DNA of 44,836 bases from Chrysochromulina tobinii. Taxonomy: Eukaryota. A program made the position numbers and the translations under genes. The notes beneath the pieces are model-generated. The model saw only the letters and a list, made by a program, of their open reading frames with translations, had not been told where the DNA came from and ran no database searches. Location of the stretch: the NCBI GenBank assembly GCA_001275005.1, contig JWZX01002735.1, positions 1-44,836 of the forward strand, given 5' to 3'. How positions within the stretch are numbered: the stretch's first letter is position 1; each line of letters opens with the position of its first letter. This document shows positions 36,805 through 44,836 of this stretch, piece after piece.

Positions 36805-39768
36805 TCAATGGCCGCGTTCTGTGGTCATCTGATACTCGTCACGATCCACGACGCCGAGGTAGCACTCGCGCTCAGCGTCGGTTTGCAGCGCCGCAAGCCT
36901 CTTCGCGTCCGTGTCGAGCCCAGGGTGCCAGAGGTCCACGATGAGCACGACGCGCGGGTGCTTCGTCAGATTCCACACCTCATGATCGAATGAGTCGTCG
37001 AAGAGGAGTATCTCGCCCTCGGCCCAACGGCGCGGCGGCTCGTCGCCACACCGAATGCAGCAGTCGCCCTCGGGCACCACGAGCCCGAGGTGCGCACGCA
37101 ACCGCCCATTGGTTGGCCCGCAGTGCGCAGCGAGTCGCGTGCCTGGCCGCAGCAGTGAAAAGTATGCGGAGCCGAAGGGGCAGCTCGTCGCATCGCGCCG
37201 CAGCGCTTCGTCCGAGCGCAGCAGCTTGGAGGTGAACGGCGCACGTTGCGTGTTGGCTACGTTCTGTCGCCCGTTGTAGTACAGTCCAACGTCGGACCAG
37301 TCGCCTGAGACGAGCACGGCACTCAGATAGGGGGCAAAGCTCTCCGCCCTGTCTGCATGCTGCGCGTCTGCACGGAGGAGGGACAGCGCCTCGGCCCGTA
37401 TCTTCGACTTGGCTGTGAGCAACGCACGCAGCGCCGCGTGCTGCTGCGGATCGTGCCACGCACACGCGAGCAGCCCCGGCAAGAGCTGCGACGGCCGCTG
37501 CGCCGGGTGCGCGTACACGCCGGCGTGCACGCCTTTGAGATGTACCGCGCGCTGCGCCGCCCGCCGCCTCTCAGGCTGCCCCTCGTAACGCGTGTCCTTC
37601 TCGAGCGCCCAATGCCACGCATCGTACAGCTGCCACGTAGAGCCGTCCGCCGCAGCGCTCCTCGCATAATGGTCAATGGACGGCTCAACGTTGCGCCCGC
37701 CGCAATGCGCCACGCCCCCGCCGCTATGAGCGCGATTGGCGCCTGCCCTCCCCCCTGCTCCTCCACCTGCTCCTGCGCCGCTCACGCCGTAGCCGTCCGC
37801 ATGCAGCGCGTCGCACGCCTGCCCGAGGAGGAGCTCCGCCCGCCCGATGAAGCGCTGCAGGTATGGCGCAGGTGGCAGCGGGCAGTTGGGACGGCGCTCG
37901 CCGAGCACCTGCGCGAGGTCCAGCGCCCCTCGTGCATTGGGCGCGGGCGGCGGTGCGGCATACGCGCCCACGTCGGCCACCACCGCCGTGAGCATCTCAT
38001 ACGCCTCAAGCGCGAGGGGGATCGAAGCCCGGCTACATGCACCCTTGGCGCGCTTGGCGGCCTTCGCCTGCAGTCCTATTGCGTCGGTCACACGCATGGC
38101 CGCGAGCTCAAGCCGAGCGTACACGGAGGTGGGGTCGATCACAAGGATACGCTCGAAGGCGACGATCCGACCGACTGCATCGTCCGCAGCCCCCGCCACA
38201 GCGCTCAGCGCAGGGAGCGCCTTCCCGAGCGCCTCTAGCTCGTGCATGAGTGCCGCTTGGACCCGCTCGAGCGTCGCGGCGAGCGCGCGCGCCTCCGGAG
38301 CATTGGCCCTTTCCCCACAGGCCTCCACGCGCCTGGCGACGAGCGCTCGTGCGTGCCCTACCATGCGCATCCCGTCCACGAATCGGCCGAGACGCTCAAG
38401 TATTTGTGCGCGCTGCGTCCAGAGCGCCGCATCGAGCGGCGCGTGCTGGAGCGCGGTGTCCAGCTCACCGAGTGCGGCGTCCAAATCATCGAGTGCGGCC
38501 GCTGCTCTCTCGTCCGTTGTGCCGTCAGCCGCCGTGCCCATGCCGCCAGCCGCTTGGCTTGCTGCCGCACGCGATGGTCGGAAGAGAGCAAAGGCTGAGC
38601 TCGAAGAGGAGGGCGAGGGCGAGGGCGAGGGCGAGGGCGAGGGCGAGGGCGAGGGCGAGGAAGGCGACGGGTCGGCAGGGGCGGCGCTCGGCGCCAGCCA
38701 GCGGAAAAGCATCTCGTAGAGCTCGCCCGCATCTCGTAGCTGGAGCACCAGGTTGTGACTGCGATTCGCATGCACGATCGTCGTGCAGCTCAACGCACGA
38801 CTTGCTACTCCGCCGCCGCCACCGCCGCCGCCATCACCAGCGGCACGGCGCTCGTCAACGGCGGCCTGCAGCCTCTCGGCCTCGTACACATCGCCGTGCT
38901 CGCTCGCGCCCACATGCACCTCCACAGCAGTGAATATCGAGGGTGGCGCCTCTCGCACCGCTTCGACGAGCGAGCGCATTGCAAAGCCCTCGGCGCTCGC
39001 CGCAAGGCGCAGCCACGAGAGCAGTTCGTCAAAGTGCATCGGCTCGAGCGCCGCGCCGCGCCGTTCATCGGGGTGCAGCAGCACCTGTGGAGAGAAGGCG
39101 ACAGCGCGGTCGGCGTTGAGCGCAATGCCCGCACGAATGGCTGCATAACCACCCATCGACGAGCCGATGGTCACCACGCGCGCCGGCGCAAGCCGGTCGA
39201 TTTCGGCACGCAGCCCGGCCACCATCGATTCGAACGTGTCGCCCGCCGCCGCGTCGCCAAACGCGCCGTCGCCCAGCCCACGGCAGTACCACGAGCGCGA
39301 CGCGTCCCGCACAAAGAGCGCGTAGCGCGCGCCTGCCTTGGTGCACGAGCGCACAAACTCGTGCGGCGGCATGCCACCGCTGTGCCCGCCTCCTATGTGC
39401 TGCTGCAACCCACCAAAGGCGATCACCATCGTCTCGCAGCTGTGGGCGCGATCGTCCATGTAGTGACGCAGCACGGCCGCACCGCCCTTGCGCCGCACCC
39501 GCACCTCCTCGTTCAGTGCCGCACGCAAGCGAGTCTCGTCACCATCCTGCATGAACCGATTGAGGCTCTCCTTCATCCGCTTGTCGAGCGCGGCCTCACT
39601 TGGTATGGCTGCCTGCAGTGACGGAGTGGAGGCTCCCGACGCCGCAGCAGAGGGTTTTGGTGCGTTGGCCTCACTTCTCTCGAGAGGCTGACACACAATC
39701 CGGGCCTCCTTGCAGCCCATCGTCGCGGCACGGCGCGAAGGCCGCCAGTCCGAGCGTACACCAGCCAT
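36805..39768 (-). CDS. Fusion protein: alpha/beta-hydrolase-like domain, TPR-like region and aspartyl/asparaginyl beta-hydroxylase (AspH-like) domain
   Basis: Nucleophile elbow TIGSSMGGYAA..AVAFSPQ; TPR-like ALQHAPLDAALWTQRAQILERLGRF; AspH motifs FSLLRPGTRLAAHCGPTNGRLRAHLGL and WAEGEILLFDDSFDHEVWN...RVVLIVDLWHP. The start is uncertain (39768 or 39720). Confidence 0.88.
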   Translation of the reverse strand: MAGVRSDWRPSRRAATMGCKEARIVCQPLERSEANAPKPSAAASGASTPSLQAAIPSEAALDKRMKESLNRFMQDGDETRLRAALNEEVRVRRKGGAAVLRHYMDDRAHSCETMVIAFGGLQQHIGGGHSGGMPPHEFVRSCTKAGARYALFVRDASRSWYCRGLGDGAFGDAAAGDTFESMVAGLRAEIDRLAPARVVTIGSSMGGYAAIRAGIALNADRAVAFSPQVLLHPDERRGAALEPMHFDELLSWLRLAASAEGFAMRSLVEAVREAPPSIFTAVEVHVGASEHGDVYEAERLQAAVDERRAAGDGGGGGGGGVASRALSCTTIVHANRSHNLVLQLRDAGELYEMLFRWLAPSAAPADPSPSSPSPSPSPSPSPSPSPSSSSSAFALFRPSRAAASQAAGGMGTAADGTTDERAAAALDDLDAALGELDTALQHAPLDAALWTQRAQILERLGRFVDGMRMVGHARALVARRVEACGERANAPEARALAATLERVQAALMHELEALGKALPALSAVAGAADDAVGRIVAFERILVIDPTSVYARLELAAMRVTDAIGLQAKAAKRAKGACSRASIPLALEAYEMLTAVVADVGAYAAPPPAPNARGALDLAQVLGERRPNCPLPPAPYLQRFIGRAELLLGQACDALHADGYGVSGAGAGGGAGGRAGANRAHSGGGVAHCGGRNVEPSIDHYARSAAADGSTWQLYDAWHWALEKDTRYEGQPERRRAAQRAVHLKGVHAGVYAHPAQRPSQLLPGLLACAWHDPQQHAALRALLTAKSKIRAEALSLLRADAQHADRAESFAPYLSAVLVSGDWSDVGLYYNGRQNVANTQRAPFTSKLLRSDEALRRDATSCPFGSAYFSLLRPGTRLAAHCGPTNGRLRAHLGLVVPEGDCCIRCGDEPPRRWAEGEILLFDDSFDHEVWNLTKHPRVVLIVDLWHPGLDTDAKRLAALQTDAERECYLGVVDRDEYQMTTERGH
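38609..38656. repeat. (GAGGGC)8 hexamer microsatellite encoding a Ser-Pro linker
   Basis: Eight perfect units; encodes PSPSPSPS on the minus strand. Confidence 0.95.
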
Positions 39769-39994
39769 CGTCCGGGTCAGTCGGACGGGACACCTGCGCG
39801 CGCGCGCCGATCCTTTATTAACTTTTAATTGCACGTAATTATCCGACAAAAGACACCGGGGAACAGTAAAGCAGTGAGAGGGTACAAGTGGCATGCATTC
39901 CACACAGCGGGCTAATCCGCCGAATACCATATTAGGCAAGAAAGTCGGTCGTGTGACGAGAAAGCTACTGCTCTGCGCGGCCGCGCTCTCGGCG

Positions 39995-41168
39995 ATGGCG
40001 TGCTCGTGCGAAGAAGAGTTGGAGCTCTGTTGCGAGCGCGCATGTACGGGTCAGATACGCTGCAGCTGCTGCACCCGGAAGTATCTATGTACCAGCGCGG
40101 ATCGCATCGGCTGTTTTGGCATCGAGATGGCCGGTTTTCGGCAGGTCGTGTTTATATTCGACCTCGTGCTGCTGATCATGGCGTTCGCCCTCTCGTGTGT
40201 CTTGCTCATATTCGATGACCCTTTCGGCATCTTTGGCCTCGAGAAAAACCGAACTCTCATGACCAGCATCGGCGCATGGGCCATGATCCAAGGCAAGCCC
40301 ATCCCGTACCCAGCTGTGCCGGGCTTGGAGGTCAACGTGATGTTCTTCACCACCCTATGGGGCCTCATCGTCGTGCCGACTCAGGGATCTGCCGACTCAG
40401 AGATTTTCGTAGTAGAGATCTGCCACGAGAACCCCGGCCGACACGCTCTGTGTAACGGCGTCTCTTGGGGTTTCCTTGCAGAGAGGTGGAATGCGTACGA
40501 GACGGGCGGGAACTTCACCTCGCACAACGGCATCTCGCAGCCCGCCACTGCGGAGAGCTTGCCCTCGATGGGCGGCTTCACCTTTGGCGACTTTGCTGCG
40601 CACTCGTGCACTCTCTCGGCGCAGACTGCGCGGATCTCGCTGGCCGTCGGCTGCGGCTGCTCGCTGCTGCTCCTCCTCTCGCGCTTCACCTGCCACTCGC
40701 GCTTCGAGCGCAGCTCGGACTCTGGGAGAAAGTGCCCGCTGCTGCTCGTGGTGCTTGCGATGCTCGCCATCTCGCTGGTCACACCCTTATACTACTGGGA
40801 GGGCTGCCTGCGCGAGATCGACCTGTCGCTCGGCCGGCTAGGTTCCCAGAGCGGCAGCGCATTCGCGGTGCGCCGGCAGCTGCCTCTCAAGAAAGCCTGT
40901 CCTTAGTCTGCCTCCCTGGCCTTGGCACCCAGGAGCCACCTTCTTCGGGTGCAGCACCCATCTGACCATCGTTACGCGCGCTCGCCCCCGTCCCCCTGTG
41001 CTCTCCCCGCAGGGCGCCTTCGTCACGTGGACGTGGGGAATGCACATGGCTGTTGGCGCCAGCTGTTGCTACTGCACGAGCTTCTTGACCCACCTCGTGC
41101 TCAGGGGCAGCCATGCGTCACCCAGTGAGCTCGCGCCGCTCGTCTACAAGGTTGATTACGTCAAGTGA
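39995..41168 (+). CDS. Two-exon claudin-like tetraspan membrane protein with Cys-rich N-terminus; exons 39995-40867 and 41013-41168
   Basis: A phase-0 intron at 40868-41012 (GCG|GTGCGC ... TCTGAC ... CTCTCCCCGCAG|GGC) adds an exon GAFVTWTWGMHMAVGASCCYCTSFLTHLVL..., which supplies a fourth hydrophobic segment. The first loop has W...LWG...C...C. Confidence 0.72.
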
Positions 41169-41611
41169 GTTACGTCTAAGTTACGTCACAACGAAGTGAG
41201 AGTGCAGATTGCGGTAAAAGTGCAGATGTTGTTCACTGCAGTGACTGTTGAGTCCTTGCACATAGGATTGTTACAGTGAGGACGGTCGGGCCTTTTCAGT
41301 TGTATCACGACGCAAAATTGACCCCCATGCTTGACCCCCCCCTATTTAATTGTTGATCTCCGCTCGGCAGCCGGGGTGGCGTGAGACGCATGACGCAATA
41401 AACGCAATGATATCCTCCCCCCCCCCCGAAGCGCTAGCGCTCGGCTGAAGCGGAATGTAATGTCCAATGAGAAAGGTTCGGTGGAAAAGCCGGTCGACAT
41501 GCGCGTGGAGAGATGGAACCCCACTGCCACTCACACAAAAGTTTTAACGTACACGACCGCACGATCATTCTGCATTCTCGAGAACACATGCTCATACCAC
41601 AGACGCTGTAC

Positions 41612-42820
41612 TCAGCGCACGGGGCCGTCGTGCGCTGTAGATCTGTGGTCTGATTGGTTGCGCTGTACCCACATTGTAGATCTATGTTTGGTTGCGCCGC
41701 CGGTATTACGCAGGCGCCAAAGGTCTTCCTGCTCGTCAAGCCATCTGGACGCCTTTGTCGAATTGTGAGCATGCCAAACAACCGAGTGAAACAGGGGTGC
41801 ATTTAACCTTATCTTGTTCCAATCGACGCAGCGCGACTTGTAGCCGGCGCAAATGGGAGCGTTCCCAAGCCGCACGACGGGCAGCCCTGCAGTTCTTGCC
41901 GCCGCTGCGAGCATAGGCTCGGGCATTCGCGTCCCCCCTCTGTCTTGGGGCTGACCGTGCCCCAAGCATGCCTCGACGAGTCGCCACCAGAAACGATCGC
42001 ACGCCGTGGTACTACGTGCTGCCGCGCGCACGTCTTCAGCCGGCAGTTCGTAGACGAAGAGGTCAAGGCTGAGCTGGCGAGAGCTGCCCTGGAAGTGGTC
42101 GGCAAGCAGCCGGCCTGGTCCGCGTTCGCGAGCATTTGCGAGCAGCGAAGAGATGCGGAAGATGCCGTAAGGCGTGGGCAGGTTATCGGGACCACTCGTG
42201 TACAGCACCCAAGGAAAAAGCGACAGAATCTTAGACGCGGCGAAGAGCGAGTGGAACTCGCCGCATTTGTACCCAAGGTTGACATGCGTCAGAATGATCA
42301 TCCGCAGCCGCATCGAGCCAAGTTTAAACAGCCGCAGCCAGGAAATCGGGTGCTCGGGATCGAGCTCGGACGAGTTGTAGTTTGTCGATCGTCCAGGTTT
42401 TTGACCCGCGTCATTCTTGATAATCAATAGCGACAGGCCATGCAGCACGCTCGCTCTCTGACCTTGATTGATTCCGCGCGTTGGGGAGTGCAGCTCCATC
42501 ATGCTCGTCAGCTCGAGCATGCGTGCGTAAAGAGCGAACTGCTCTCCGCGATGGGCATGGCTGTGAATCAACACCAGGCCGTTGCTGGCATTGCTAGCGC
42601 GACCATCATGGTGCGAAGCGGTGGCCTCCGCTGCAGCCTCACGCCGGCTGGCGTGCAGCGCCGAGTCCGCCGCTTCATTGTAGAGCACCGTGCCGTCTGG
42701 CATCATGGCAGCGCTTACGCCCTCGAATTTCAGCTGTGCCAGCACCTTGCGGTCAATGCGCTCAGGAAGGTCGATCGCCGTATGCTGACCAAGCTGGATT
42801 TGTAGCCAAGGTGCGGGCAT
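41612..42820 (-). CDS. Hypothetical protein (402 aa)
   Basis: ATG-initiated long ORF with globular-like composition and no recognised motif. Confidence 0.6.
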   Translation of the reverse strand: MPAPWLQIQLGQHTAIDLPERIDRKVLAQLKFEGVSAAMMPDGTVLYNEAADSALHASRREAAAEATASHHDGRASNASNGLVLIHSHAHRGEQFALYARMLELTSMMELHSPTRGINQGQRASVLHGLSLLIIKNDAGQKPGRSTNYNSSELDPEHPISWLRLFKLGSMRLRMIILTHVNLGYKCGEFHSLFAASKILSLFPWVLYTSGPDNLPTPYGIFRISSLLANARERGPGRLLADHFQGSSRQLSLDLFVYELPAEDVRAAARSTTACDRFWWRLVEACLGHGQPQDRGGTRMPEPMLAAAARTAGLPVVRLGNAPICAGYKSRCVDWNKIRLNAPLFHSVVWHAHNSTKASRWLDEQEDLWRLRNTGGATKHRSTMWVQRNQSDHRSTAHDGPVR

Positions 42821-43279
42821 GTCCTCGGTCTGGTACTAGTATCTGCAACTATTGTACGGCTCGGTACTGCTGACTGCAGGTTCTGAACTACATTAGCAGA
42901 AGAAGATGACGAAACATAATCGAGATCGTACAAATCATGAGATGAACGAAGAAGAAAGGTATATTTTTGATAAACGACATAATGAAAAAGCGCCAAAATA
43001 AACGTTCATGACAAGAAACTTGATTAAGTCAAAATCAAGTCCCCCCCCAATTCAAGTCAAATCCTTATTTTTTTCAGAGAAATATTACAAGACGATACTA
43101 ACCACCACATGATCGCTAATACTGTACTAATACTGTGACTCCACCGCACTTCACTCACGCACTGCCTATCGCCTACCCTGAACCCTCCAACGCCCGCCTC
43201 GCCGCCCCGACCCCGCGCATGATACACCTGTAGACGAGAAGCAACAAACACAAGAACATGGTGATGTTCGGTAACCAAA

Positions 43280-44250
43280 GCAGGGGTGGGGCACAGGGGG
43301 TACTCTAAAACTCTATAAAGGCCTTTAAAGGGGGTGTAATCTTAGTGTAAATATCAAGTTGCCCCGCCCGCGCGTAGCGCGCGGGTTTAACGCCTTGGCA
43401 ACGAGCATGGCCATCTAGTTGTAGCCATCTTGGCCACCCGTGCGGATGTATGTCCTCACCATTGAGACGGAAAGAGGGGCGGCAGCCAAGGTGCTGGGTC
43501 TCACCGGAAGCGAAGGTGAAAGCGAAGGTGTGCGCGGGAAGGCGGGATGTTTCGTGAACAAAGTTGGAAGGGCTGTTTGCGGCCTAGTTTGCTATATATT
43601 GCCGATGCAAGCTGAATTTCCGCGGTTCGGGAGGTCTACGTTCCGAGATCTGTCGATGGGCACGTCCCTGCATAGTTTTGTGCATAGTCTCGCCACAAGG
43701 AGTCTCGCTAATAATGCATATAAATGCGTAATAACATTGGTAATCAAGTTGCCCCGCTGATAACCCCGCTGATACCCCACTGACGCGAGACGGCGAGAGC
43801 ACTCCCGTGCTCGCCGATACCAGGGGCCGTTACACCCCGCGTCGACACCCCTTGACAAAAGCAACTGTCTCGCACTATCCTCGCCCGCTCTCGACCCTGC
43901 ATGGCCGAGAACTCGAGCCTGAAGTCCTTGCCTGAAGTGAAGTCTGAAGATTTATCCTTGACTCATCACTCATGGCTTGACCGAAAGCTAACCGAAAGCT
44001 GGATTGTAGCCTCACACCGCCACGCGGAGGCACGAGCACACAAGTACAAAAGTACGAAGTAGAGCCTAACAAGCCCGGGGTATCGACGGCCTCTTGGGAA
44101 GTGTCGAAGTGACGGGGGTGCTCTATAGAGGGGGGGTAATCAAGTAGTTGCCCCGCGCGCGTAGCGCGCGGGTTTTCAGCCCGCCGCAGGCGCGAAATTT
44201 TTGGCGATATTGACTGTAAATCACTACATTTAGGCCCTGAAATTGATGCC
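43280..44250. mobile_element. Probable remnants of non-autonomous DNA transposon(s)/MITE-like repeats
   Basis: Non-coding region with three related copies of ATCAAG(TAG)TTGCCCCGC (~43353, ~43743, ~44139). Two of them continue into the palindrome CGCGCGTAGCGCGCGGGTTT. No transposase ORF or defined termini were found. Confidence 0.45.
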
Positions 44251-44760
44251 ACTCACACACTATTGACTGCGACGCAACGTACATGACTACATGTATGTAC
44301 CGACTACTACAATGTACGTTGCGCGAATACGTGGGCGGCAGATGCAGCGGGAGCGGCGACGAGCGCGGTGACTCTTGCGTTCGCCAATGCAATGTGCATT
44401 GTGATCATGCGCTTCAAGTATCGAAAGAGTTTCGTCAGAAGGTGTTAAAAGTCGCTCTCGCACTTGTGTTCGTAGATACAAAGTGTCGCGAGATGAGTCA
44501 GGTAATCAGCTGATACCTACTCAGTGGGCTCGCTAGAGGTCCAGCAAGATCTCTGGGATTCTGGTCGCATGTGTGAATGTGTAGTGGGAACGGAGAGGGG
44601 TTTAGTTTCGGTGTCGCGTGGTCGTGCAGTGTATCGTTGTGCACTCGACCGTCATCGTTGGCCTACCATTGAGCGTGACGGGTGTTGATCACACGTCTTG
44701 CGACACAAAGTGTGCCTTTGCATGTGTAGAATCCGAGCACGCATCTCTGCGCATTCGTTG

Positions 44761-44836
44761 ATGGCGATGAGCTCTGTGCGCATGCTGGCAATCGCAATGC
44801 TGCCGTTCTGCACCGCGCTCGTGCTCAGCCCGCCCG
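44761..44836 (+). CDS. 5' start of a secreted/plastid-targeted protein (runs off window end)
   Basis: The ATG at 44761 opens MAMSSVRMLAIAMLPFCTALVLSPP, a signal-peptide-like sequence open to the end of the window. Confidence 0.5.
   Translation, partial: MAMSSVRMLAIAMLPFCTALVLSPP

Noticed and set aside
41150..41192. TTACGTC x3 as bZIP-type sites
   Set aside because: They overlap the stop codon and 3' UTR of the tetraspan gene, so local micro-duplication is more likely.
1..44836. tRNA, rRNA, SECIS/selenoprotein or transposase/RT genes
   Set aside because: None recognised by eye; tRNAscan-SE, Infernal and SECISearch would be needed to exclude them.

Overview
Eukaryotic nuclear DNA that is GC-rich, gene-dense and intron-poor, with GT-AG introns and a spliceosomal U2 snRNA gene. 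The style suggests a microalga, possibly a haptophyte (inference only). It holds about 21 protein genes: a GYF protein, an NTT/TLC-like MFS transporter, a Tudor-like/GNAT(LysM-inserted)/chromodomain protein, an OGFOD3-like 2OG-Fe(II) oxygenase with a trefoil domain, an SPX-RING (NLA-like) ligase convergent with an SLC17/PHT4 transporter, a 3-exon orphan gene, a nucleolin/NSR1-like 3-RRM protein, FOP/CEP43, a stand-alone retrotransposon-type PD-(D/E)xK endonuclease, a NEK kinase with two WW domains, a four-domain voltage-gated cation channel split by a +1 frameshift, RPS14, a CA1Pase-like histidine phosphatase, a degenerate small-GTPase-like protein, an alpha/beta-hydrolase-TPR-AspH fusion and a spliced tetraspan protein. 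The most notable observations are the channel (D/G/D/D filter, frameshift, RRL-bearing loop inserts, UVR- and SEA-like tail), the chromatin GNAT-LysM-chromo architecture, the orphan retroelement endonuclease with a signal-like leader, a U2 with a non-canonical Sm site, and a 56-bp dispersed element upstream of unrelated genes. All domain calls come from motif recognition by eye, not from database searches.
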